Positions 27,538-35,114 of a stretch of DNA of 41,513 bases are shown here, in pieces. Source of the stretch: Candidatus Iainarchaeum sp. (GTDB taxonomy: Archaea > Iainarchaeota > Iainarchaeia > Iainarchaeales > JAFCCJ01); assembly GCA_043816965.1 (NCBI GenBank), contig JBDRHK010000031.1, forward strand, positions 1-41,513, given 5' to 3'. The position numbers and the translations under genes were made by a program. Numbering within the stretch: the stretch's first letter is position 1; every line of letters begins with the position of its first letter. Under the pieces are notes generated by a model. That model saw only the letters and a list, made by a program, of their open reading frames with translations, was not told where the DNA came from and made no database searches.

Positions 27538-28870
27538 TTTTCTATTTTTTATTGAAAATTTTTGTGCCCGACAAATTTATATATAAGAAACAACATACTG
27601 GTCTGCATGCCTTTTAGCATGAAAAGCCCGGTTCTGGTTCCTGCTTTGGTAATTGTGGTGGTTCTGCTTGTTGCAATTATTTTAGGTTTATTGGTGCTGC
27701 CGTTGATTTTAGGTGATGGCCAACCAGTTCCTGGGGAACAAGAAAAAAAACCAGGGGAGGATTATGTGGCTCCAGAACCCCAAGATTGGGAAAACCCAAA
27801 AGGCACAGGGCTCACTGATGGAGGTGTCCCCATAGACCCAACTACTGGGGAAGTTGGAAGTCCATCTGCTAATCTTTTTTACTCAAAGAATTGCGGTGCA
27901 GGGCAGGCCATCCAGGGATTTGATTTGCAATCTTCCCAAAACCCGACATGCGTTTCAATAGAAAGCGGAAGATCTGGCACGGGGGATGTAATCAGTCCTC
28001 CTCCAGAAACCGGTGGAGACGAGCCAACAGGCGGTTCTGAAACACATTTCTCCAAAATTTGTGGTCCTGGGGAAGCGATTCAGTCGTTCAGCTCAGACCC
28101 CCTAGAAAACCCGACATGTGTTGAGGTTCCCTCTGAGGCAGGAACAACAATAGTTGAAGGCGAAGGCGTAACAATAGTTGACTATTCATGGAATTTAAGT
28201 GCAGATGGCTCAGAATCAGTAATAGATAATGGAGAAACTGTTGAGATTGAAGCAGGGGCGGGAATTTTGGTTTATAAGGAAGGAAATACTGTAAGCATCA
28301 CTGCAACAGAAGCTTTTGCAAAGTCTGTTTCATACATGAATGATTTCAAGCTTGTTGAGGCAAAGAAATTTCCAAACGAAATTAATGTTTCAGATGGACT
28401 CTCAGTAGGCCTGTTAGGAACTGGCGGAATTGACGTTTCCATAGATGAATCAGAAAACAGAGTCATAATCTCAAACACCAAACAATACGAGTATGGCACA
28501 TTCAAGGCAACATGCAATTCATCAGGCGTTGTTAACAACGACCCTTATGCGACCAGCCCTAGTGGTTTAATACATGTTGGGCAGTGCACTTCACAAGTAG
28601 TTTTGGTTTATTGCGAAAACGATGACGCAAAAATAATAAGTTATGGCGGCACCTGTGGAAACGCATATATTAAGGGCATCTACCCATATAGGCGAACAGA
28701 GCCCGCAGATAGCTGGCAGGACTTTGGGGGGATAGATACTGTCGAGCTAGAATGCAGTGCTGCAACTTCCAAAACCGTCTTTATAACCTGTATGAGAGAA
28801 AAGGCCTAATTTTTACTAAATTAAAGAATAATTTAGGTCAAAATCGATTTTTGGGCAGCTGAAATAATTT
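27506..28870 (+). mobile_element. Single-gene insertion bounded by 35-bp direct repeats of the lysS 3' end
   Basis: GGTCAAAAGCGATTTTTGGGCAGCTGAAATAATTT (27506-27540) vs GGTCAAAATCGATTTTTGGGCAGCTGAAATAATTT (28836-28870), one mismatch. The repeat is certain; mobility is inferred. Confidence 0.65.
27607..28809 (+). CDS. Membrane-anchored Cys-rich fibre/adhesin-like surface protein
   Basis: N-terminal TM helix, Pro/Gly/Glu linker, two SKxCGxGxAIQxF...NPTCV repeats, beta-rich middle and Cys-rich C-terminal domain. Confidence 0.75.
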   Translation: MPFSMKSPVLVPALVIVVVLLVAIILGLLVLPLILGDGQPVPGEQEKKPGEDYVAPEPQDWENPKGTGLTDGGVPIDPTTGEVGSPSANLFYSKNCGAGQAIQGFDLQSSQNPTCVSIESGRSGTGDVISPPPETGGDEPTGGSETHFSKICGPGEAIQSFSSDPLENPTCVEVPSEAGTTIVEGEGVTIVDYSWNLSADGSESVIDNGETVEIEAGAGILVYKEGNTVSITATEAFAKSVSYMNDFKLVEAKKFPNEINVSDGLSVGLLGTGGIDVSIDESENRVIISNTKQYEYGTFKATCNSSGVVNNDPYATSPSGLIHVGQCTSQVVLVYCENDDAKIISYGGTCGNAYIKGIYPYRRTEPADSWQDFGGIDTVELECSAATSKTVFITCMREKA

Positions 28871-28928
28871 CATTTCGCACCGGAAACCCACTCCCGAAAT
28901 CAATTAAGAAGGGAATAAACTTATTTTT

Positions 28929-29801
28929 TTGATGCGAAAGTTGTCCCCGCTACACGTAGAACAAATCCGAAATCTTAGGAAAAATGGATTGGCGTACAAA
29001 AAGATTGCCAGAAGATTGCAAATAAGCCCTTCAACAGTCAGCAAATATTCAAGAAACATAATTCTGTCTAGAGAAAAGAAAAAACAACTAGAGGAAAACC
29101 AAAGTAAAAACCGACAAAAATTTGCGTCCAATTATGCTAGAGAGAAGCCAATTAAACTACCAAAGTTTGATGAAAATTTCGCTAATTTATTAGGCCACTT
29201 ATTTTTTGATGGATCAGTTAGTTATCATAATGGAAAATTTGTTTTATCATATACAAACTCATCTAAAAAAGCCATTAATTCCTTTAATAAAAAAATAGAT
29301 TCTTGTTTTGGATTGACGCCTTCAAAGATTTATAAAGTGAAAGGCAAAAACACAGATTGGTTTATGGCACAGACCTATTCAAAAAAAGCGTATTCTTATT
29401 TGAAATCAATTTCATGCTCATTCAGTACGTCTGAAGGAATCGGAATTCCGAAAGAAATAATCAATTCTAATTTTTCAATGAAAGCATCTTTCTTAAGGGC
29501 CTTCTGGGACGATGAAGGAAGCATATCTAACACAAGCGAGCTAACAGGCACATCCAATAGTGAGAAAATGATTGATGATTTAATAACAATCCATAAAGAA
29601 TTTGGAATCATTTGTTCAAAATATAGGCAAGTTAAAGAAATGGGGAAAGATATTTTTCACCTTAGAATTAATGGGAATGAAGATAACTTTTCCAGATTTA
29701 TTGAGAAAATAGGGTTTGAGCATGCAATTATAACAAGAGGCCATCACATAGGAAAGTATAAAAAAGATGTATTAAGGAAATCTATGGGGAGATACCGATA
29801 G
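28929..29801 (+). CDS. Free-standing HTH plus double-motif LAGLIDADG endonuclease-like protein
   Basis: N-terminal HTH (GLAYKKIARRLQISPSTVSKY) and motifs ANLLGHLFFDG and SFLRAFWDDEG. Visibly AT-richer than flanking genes. The stop codon lies inside the tRNA 3' half. Confidence 0.88.
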   Translation: MMRKLSPLHVEQIRNLRKNGLAYKKIARRLQISPSTVSKYSRNIILSREKKKQLEENQSKNRQKFASNYAREKPIKLPKFDENFANLLGHLFFDGSVSYHNGKFVLSYTNSSKKAINSFNKKIDSCFGLTPSKIYKVKGKNTDWFMAQTYSKKAYSYLKSISCSFSTSEGIGIPKEIINSNFSMKASFLRAFWDDEGSISNTSELTGTSNSEKMIDDLITIHKEFGIICSKYRQVKEMGKDIFHLRINGNEDNFSRFIEKIGFEHAIITRGHHIGKYKKDVLRKSMGRYR

Positions 29802-29871
29802 GTCGTGGGTTCGAATCCCTCCGGGCTCGTTCTGGGCCCGTAGCTCAGTCTGGCAGAGCAATCGGCTCTTA
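29794..29871 (+). tRNA. Circularly permuted tRNA-Lys(CTT): 3' half 29794-29829, linker TTCT, 5' half 29834-29871
   Basis: 3' half ACCGATAGGTCGTGGGTTCGAATCCCTCCGGGCTCG precedes 5' half GGGCCCGTAGCTCAGTCTGGCAGAGCAATCGGCTCTTA. Stems ATCGG/CCGAT and GGGCCCG/CGGGCTC pair. The flanks form a BHB at 37/38. Confidence 0.85.
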
Positions 29872-29913
29872 GCCACGCTTTAAAAGACTTAGTAGTAAGA
29901 AATTAATAGTAAT

Positions 29914-30077
29914 GGGAAGGTAGCTCAGTCTGGGAGAGCACATGATGGGAACAAGTCGATTCCTTTAATGGTTTGGTTTTTCTCATGTGAAGCTGAAGAT
30001 GGGCAGCAGTATTTTTACTAATGCTCTGCTCCCAGCAGCTGACCATGGTGTCGCGGGTCCAAATCCCGCTCTTCCCA
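29914..30077 (+). tRNA. tRNA-Phe(GAA) with two introns (30/31: 29945-29991; ~37/38: 29999-30041)
   Basis: Exons 29914-29944, 29992-29998 (GCTGAAG) and 30042-30077 give 74 nt with stems GGGAAGG/TCTTCCC and CATGG/CCATG. Intron 1 has a strict BHB, intron 2 a relaxed motif. TTTAAAA box at 29879. Confidence 0.88.
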
Positions 30078-30142
30078 ATTTTAATTTTTTTATAATTTAG
30101 TTTAAATTAACTTCTTTTCACAATTCGTGGGAGGTTTGTTTC

Positions 30143-32320
30143 ATGCGAAAGGCCCCTATCTTTGTTTTTTTGATTCTTCTTTTTGCCGGCGCATTTGCAA
30201 TCGATGCACCTGTTGTAAGCAGCTCAAAATATCCTGTTCAGGGGGATTGGTATAGCGATGCATATGCGCAGTTCAGCTGGGAGCAGGGGGACGCGACATC
30301 ATTCAGCTATGTATATGACACCAATCCAGATACAATCCCGGATAACGTTGCCGAAACCACTGAACCAACCGCCTCATTGCCCCCAAAAATCGACGGCGAC
30401 TGGTATTTCCACATAAGGGCAAAAAAAGGGAGCGAAATCAGCGACACAACAACCTACCACATAAAGCTTGACATAACTAAACCCTCCCCCCCAACAAAGG
30501 TTAAAGTCGAGCCAACTGCAGAGGGATATTTGAGGGTGACCTGGAATGAGGCAACTGACATACATTCAGGTGTGGCATCATATAAGATATACAGAAGCTT
30601 CCTGACAAATTTTGATGTAAGGGACACAACCACGTTGGTGGTGGCAATGACCCAGGAGGGCACGAGCTTTGTTGATGAGGATGTCCTTGAAAACAGGGTT
30701 TATCACTACAAGGTGCAGTCAAGGGATGTGGCAGGCAATCTTGGCTCCATAGGCGCCGAGGCTGTTGGAAGGACACTAGGTTTCTGCGATATAACCATCT
30801 CCATTGACATGGCAATAACTGACGGCGAAAAACTTGAGATTGAAGTAGAATCAACAAATGGGGATATGAGATATGCCTCTATGGCGCTAATTCTTCCTGA
30901 CGGGACTGAAAATATTCTGGTTGAAAGGCAAATTCAAACCACGACAATGTCCAAAGAATTTGATTTATCCCAAACCGATGAAGGTTTGTTAAGAGTACGG
31001 GTCAACTCAGAAGACAGCGCAGGCGATGACTGTTTGGGTGAAGAGGAACTTTATTTCGATACCATTAACCCGTCTATTGAGATATTAACCCCGACAGGAA
31101 CAGAAAAAATCACGGAAATGGTTAAGGTTGAGGCAACAGCCACAGACACAGGAACTGGTGCCTCAGGAATTGAAAAAGTTGTTTTTTACAGGAAAGAGGG
31201 GGAGGAATGGGTTGAAATCGGCGAGGGGGTTGGCGAGGGCGACAGCTATGTCTTTGATTGGAACAGCTTCAATGCCCCAAATGGCAGGTATTTATTTAAG
31301 GCAGAGGTTATTGACAGGGCCGGAAATATAGGTGATGAAGAATTCCTGATAAATGTTGAAAACACCGCATTCATCAGGGCCCAGGCAGAAACCGCAATCT
31401 CTGCCGCAGAATATGGCAAGGCATCCGCGAATGAATTTGTTGCGCAGCTGGCAAATCAGAATATCGATTCAAATAATCTGATGGAGTTCCTTTCATGGGC
31501 AGATTCAAATCTAATGAAGGCCCAGGACCTTTATGATAAGGGATTTTATTTTGAGCGGGCCAAGGAACATGCTGAAACAGCAACGAAAATGTTCCTTCAG
31601 GCAAAAGAAAAAGTTAATGCCGAGAGCTATAAAACCGTAAAGAACGTGTTTGGTGATGAGCAGCTTGTTCAGGTGCTTAACTCTGCTGGTTTGCAGAAGC
31701 ACCTGCTAGAAGATTCCGCGGCAATGATTAAAAGATTTGGCGCGGAAAGAAAGATGAGAATCCTGAAAGTTACTGACTTTGATGAAACATATTACCTCGC
31801 CAATATCATAATTTCGATTAAAAACAATGACAAGGATGAACTTAACCTAAAACTAATAGAAATTATCCCTAAGGGAGTGGCAGAAAATACCGGGGCAATT
31901 GAAACTAATTTCCCTTTTGACGTGCTGAAGGAAGACCCGATAATTGTATTTTCCCCAGAAACTATTCTCTATGGCAAGCAGATGGAAATCAATTATGGTT
32001 TTGGCGGGGTTATGGATAAGGCCGCAGCCGATGATTTGATTGCCCAGGAACTTGCAGGCAAATACTCTTCCCCGCCAATTCTTCTCGATTCCTCTGTAGA
32101 AGTAACCCCGTCCACAATTTCTGTGCCCCTGTTTGACATTGACATCTCAGGCATTTTGTCAGGAGTCGATATCGGAATTATTCTTATTGTAGCGGTTGTA
32201 ATCATAATTTTTGTGCTGATAGTGGTTGTGATTGTTGTTGCGCTGATTATCGGGGTATTCTTTTTCTTGAAAAGCAAAAGAAATTCAAGGCAAAAGGACT
32301 TGAAAGACTTTTTAAGGTGA
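30143..32320 (+). CDS. Secreted, C-terminally anchored surface protein with FnIII/Ig-like domains
   Basis: Signal peptide, WYFHIRA, YHYKVQSRDVAGN, DRAGN repeats, C-terminal TM helix and basic tail. Confidence 0.85.
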   Translation: MRKAPIFVFLILLFAGAFAIDAPVVSSSKYPVQGDWYSDAYAQFSWEQGDATSFSYVYDTNPDTIPDNVAETTEPTASLPPKIDGDWYFHIRAKKGSEISDTTTYHIKLDITKPSPPTKVKVEPTAEGYLRVTWNEATDIHSGVASYKIYRSFLTNFDVRDTTTLVVAMTQEGTSFVDEDVLENRVYHYKVQSRDVAGNLGSIGAEAVGRTLGFCDITISIDMAITDGEKLEIEVESTNGDMRYASMALILPDGTENILVERQIQTTTMSKEFDLSQTDEGLLRVRVNSEDSAGDDCLGEEELYFDTINPSIEILTPTGTEKITEMVKVEATATDTGTGASGIEKVVFYRKEGEEWVEIGEGVGEGDSYVFDWNSFNAPNGRYLFKAEVIDRAGNIGDEEFLINVENTAFIRAQAETAISAAEYGKASANEFVAQLANQNIDSNNLMEFLSWADSNLMKAQDLYDKGFYFERAKEHAETATKMFLQAKEKVNAESYKTVKNVFGDEQLVQVLNSAGLQKHLLEDSAAMIKRFGAERKMRILKVTDFDETYYLANIIISIKNNDKDELNLKLIEIIPKGVAENTGAIETNFPFDVLKEDPIIVFSPETILYGKQMEINYGFGGVMDKAAADDLIAQELAGKYSSPPILLDSSVEVTPSTISVPLFDIDISGILSGVDIGIILIVAVVIIIFVLIVVVIVVALIIGVFFFLKSKRNSRQKDLKDFLR

Positions 32321-32327
32321 AAAATTT

Positions 32328-33383
32328 TTGAGTCTTGGCAAATATCTTAAAAAATCCGCTTCAGAAACAGACAAGGCCATTGAAAAAATCCTCCCAAAAA
32401 AAGCAGGGAAGAAATGGCTTGAGCAAATTGTGGGCAAAACAAGATTTCAATTGGATTCCAAGGCAATAAACAACTCTGTTTCAAAACCAATCTGGGATTT
32501 TCTAAAAAGGGGTGGAAAAAGGTGGAGGCCGGCTCTGATGCTGCTTTCAATTGGCGCTGTTGGCGGAAAACCATCAAAATTCAGGGAGTTTGCCGCAATC
32601 CCGGAATTAATCCATACAGGAACAATAATAGTCGATGATGTGGAGGACAATTCAACCATGAGGCGGGGAAAGCCCTGCCTGCACTGCCTTTATGGCCGAG
32701 ACCTTGCAATTAACGATGGAAATCTCCTTTACTTTCTTCCCCTCTCCCTTATTTACAAGGGCAGTAAAATTCCAAACAGGACAAAGGCAAGGATTTATGA
32801 TTTTTATGCCGAGGAATTGCTGAAGCTTTCCATTGGGCAGGCACTTGACATTTACTGGCATCAGGGCCATGCAAGAAAAGTGACTGAAAGCCAGTATCTG
32901 CAGATGTGCGAATTCAAGACAGGGACTTTGGCGAGATTTTCAGCAAAGCTCGGCGCCCTGCTTGGGGGAGGGACTGAAAGGCAGATTAATGCCTTGGGTA
33001 ATTTTGCGGCAATGATAGGCGTCGGCTTCCAAATTCAGGACGATATTCTTAATATTGCCCCCTCCCAAGGATGGGGGAAGGAGTTGGGTGATGACATAAG
33101 CGAGGGCAAGAGAACATTGCTGGTTCTCCACGCCCTGCGGAAAGCCGCCCCAAGAGACAGGAAAAGGCTTCTAAAAATACTGGACATGCAAACCAAAAAC
33201 AGGAAACTTGTAAAAGAGGCGATTTCAATAATCAAAAAATATGGCTCGATTGATTACGCAAAAAATATGGCGAGAAAACTCGTAAAGGACAGCTGGATGG
33301 AACTGGATTCTGCTCTGAAGAAAAGCGCACACAAAAAAAGAATTAAGGAGTTTGCGGATTTCCTGATTGAAAGGGAGATTTAA
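32328..33383 (+). CDS. Polyprenyl diphosphate (GGPP-type) synthase
   Basis: GGKRWRP, DDVED...RRG (first Asp-rich motif), GQALD, KT, FQIQDD, DISEGK. Confidence 0.93.
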   Translation: MSLGKYLKKSASETDKAIEKILPKKAGKKWLEQIVGKTRFQLDSKAINNSVSKPIWDFLKRGGKRWRPALMLLSIGAVGGKPSKFREFAAIPELIHTGTIIVDDVEDNSTMRRGKPCLHCLYGRDLAINDGNLLYFLPLSLIYKGSKIPNRTKARIYDFYAEELLKLSIGQALDIYWHQGHARKVTESQYLQMCEFKTGTLARFSAKLGALLGGGTERQINALGNFAAMIGVGFQIQDDILNIAPSQGWGKELGDDISEGKRTLLVLHALRKAAPRDRKRLLKILDMQTKNRKLVKEAISIIKKYGSIDYAKNMARKLVKDSWMELDSALKKSAHKKRIKEFADFLIEREI

Positions 33384-33384
33384 T

Positions 33385-34137
33385 TTAGGTGTCCTCGTAC
33401 TCTTCCTCGATTTTGTGGATAACCACTCCCTTCTCGGTAATTTCAATGGGGTGCAAATCCTCCGAGTGCTTTGTCGCCCTCAGTTTTCGAACATGCATTG
33501 TCCTGTTTGACTGGGTGCCTATGCCCATGTAGTGCAAAACTATCACCCCATCAACAACATATTCCTCCACACCGTATTTTCCGTATTTATTTGCCCCCTC
33601 CTGCACTTCTGAGGTGAGAATTGAGGTCACACCAATCCTCATCAATAAATAACTAAGCTTTAGAATGGCCTTCCTGATTTCATTAGGGCCGTCGAAATTG
33701 AAGCCGAGCGCAGGAATAGAATCAATAACAACCCTCTTTGCCCCAATCCTTTTTGTCACATGCATTATTTCCAGAAGCAGTTTATCCAGGTCAAAACCTG
33801 TTGCTGGCATTGAAAATTCCTCCTCGGAGGGAATTCCAATCTTTGCAATGCTCCCGTCAATAATCTGAATCATCTTTTCCTCTTCAAGCTTTCTCAAATC
33901 CCAGCCAAACCTGGTTACGTCCTGCCTTATCAGGTCAGGCCTCTCATCAAGGGTAACATAAACCCCTGGCTCAGAAAACATCTTTGCCCCGTTGTAAAGG
34001 TACTGCATCGAAAAAATTGTCTTTCCTGTTCCACACGCACCTGAAACAAGGATTGTTCTTCCCTCTGGGAAACCGCCCTCAATTAAATCATCTAGTCCAG
34101 GAATGCCTGTAGCAACACGCTTCAATAAAATCACCAA
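33385..34137 (-). CDS. Single-domain KaiC/RAD55-like ATPase
   Basis: TGIPGLD, GACGTGKT, RVVIDS, YGVEEYVVDGVI, KLRAT. Confidence 0.92.
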   Translation of the reverse strand: MVILLKRVATGIPGLDDLIEGGFPEGRTILVSGACGTGKTIFSMQYLYNGAKMFSEPGVYVTLDERPDLIRQDVTRFGWDLRKLEEEKMIQIIDGSIAKIGIPSEEEFSMPATGFDLDKLLLEIMHVTKRIGAKRVVIDSIPALGFNFDGPNEIRKAILKLSYLLMRIGVTSILTSEVQEGANKYGKYGVEEYVVDGVIVLHYMGIGTQSNRTMHVRKLRATKHSEDLHPIEITEKGVVIHKIEEEYEDT

Positions 34138-34182
34138 AATAAATTAACACTAACTACTATTTATACCTAATTGATAAGGGCC

Positions 34183-34869
34183 TTATCCCCTTAATTCATA
34201 TTTTTTAAGAATTTTTGCAAAACTGTCAGAATCCAGGTATTGAGTAACAGCAATAAGCACAATGGCCCGCATAAACTCATTTCCCTCATGGCTGTTATTG
34301 CATCTTGAACACAATTCCTTGTCAGGGAGAAGATTAACCACGCCCGTGTCCTTGGAATTTTTCAATTTCCCGCCATAGAATGAGTCAAGAAACCCACCCA
34401 AAACAGAAAAAATATTTTTAAGGTATTTTGGGTTCTTCTTAATAAGTTGCCCGATTTCCTCATTGAATTCATGGGAAAATTTTATATCTCCCCAGGGATT
34501 TTCTATCTCGCCTTCTTTCCTTGTAGAATAGCCTGAATAGTATTCGCAGGGCTCGAAATAGATTTTAGGGGATTTTCCCGATTTCCTGTATTCCCCGCTA
34601 ATCTCCCTGGAAGGCCGCCCGCGCTTTTTCATATGCACCCCTTTCTTTACCCCGTAAACAAAGCCTGCCCTCTCAAGCTGCTTAATTGCGTTGTAAACAG
34701 TTGAGGGGGACTCGTGCAGTTTCTCGCTTAGGGCATTCACAGTCATCCCCTCATGCCGGGAATGCCTTATGGCTTTCATAATCTGCCAAACGGCCTCTGT
34801 TTTCAGTATATCGGCAACCTTATCTGATGAGACCGGCAAAAAGCTCAGATATTCCTTACCCATAAACAA
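34183..34869 (-). CDS. Winged-helix transcriptional regulator with a C-terminal CxxC..H motif
   Basis: MTVNALSEKLHESPSTVYNAIKQLERAGFV...RGRP, then CSRCNNSHE. Confidence 0.8.
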   Translation of the reverse strand: MFMGKEYLSFLPVSSDKVADILKTEAVWQIMKAIRHSRHEGMTVNALSEKLHESPSTVYNAIKQLERAGFVYGVKKGVHMKKRGRPSREISGEYRKSGKSPKIYFEPCEYYSGYSTRKEGEIENPWGDIKFSHEFNEEIGQLIKKNPKYLKNIFSVLGGFLDSFYGGKLKNSKDTGVVNLLPDKELCSRCNNSHEGNEFMRAIVLIAVTQYLDSDSFAKILKKYELRG

Positions 34870-35114
34870 TCTAAATTATTGTAATGCGTGATTTTTATAT
34901 TTCTATGCTTCCAAAGTTATATAATTACAGAATTTTAGAAGTTTATAATAATTGCAAGCATAATTGTTCTGAACTATAAATATTTTTTGAACAAACAAAG
35001 GTATTAGAGACCCAAACAGGGAAAAATCGAAAAAAAAAGAAAATAAATGCGAGAAGAATCACAATTATAAATCTTTAGATGTTATTAATATGAGGCTTTG
35101 TGAGGTGTATGTGA

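Noticed and set aside
28929..29801. Intein- or group I intron-encoded endonuclease
   Set aside because: No intein terminal motifs or host exteins, no upstream 5' exon, and no room for a ribozyme core in the ~60 bp before the ORF.
29794..29829. tRNA 3' fragment as attR of an element integrated in tRNA-Lys(TTT) at 25669
   Set aside because: Its anticodon-stem strand (CCGAT) does not match that tRNA (GCCGC) but pairs exactly with the adjacent downstream 5' half. The core gene lysS also lies in between.
29834..30143. 5' half followed by a long intron with the 3' half further downstream
   Set aside because: No matching 3' half was seen downstream in the window. The tRNA-Phe TATA box follows immediately, and the BHB partner lies upstream.
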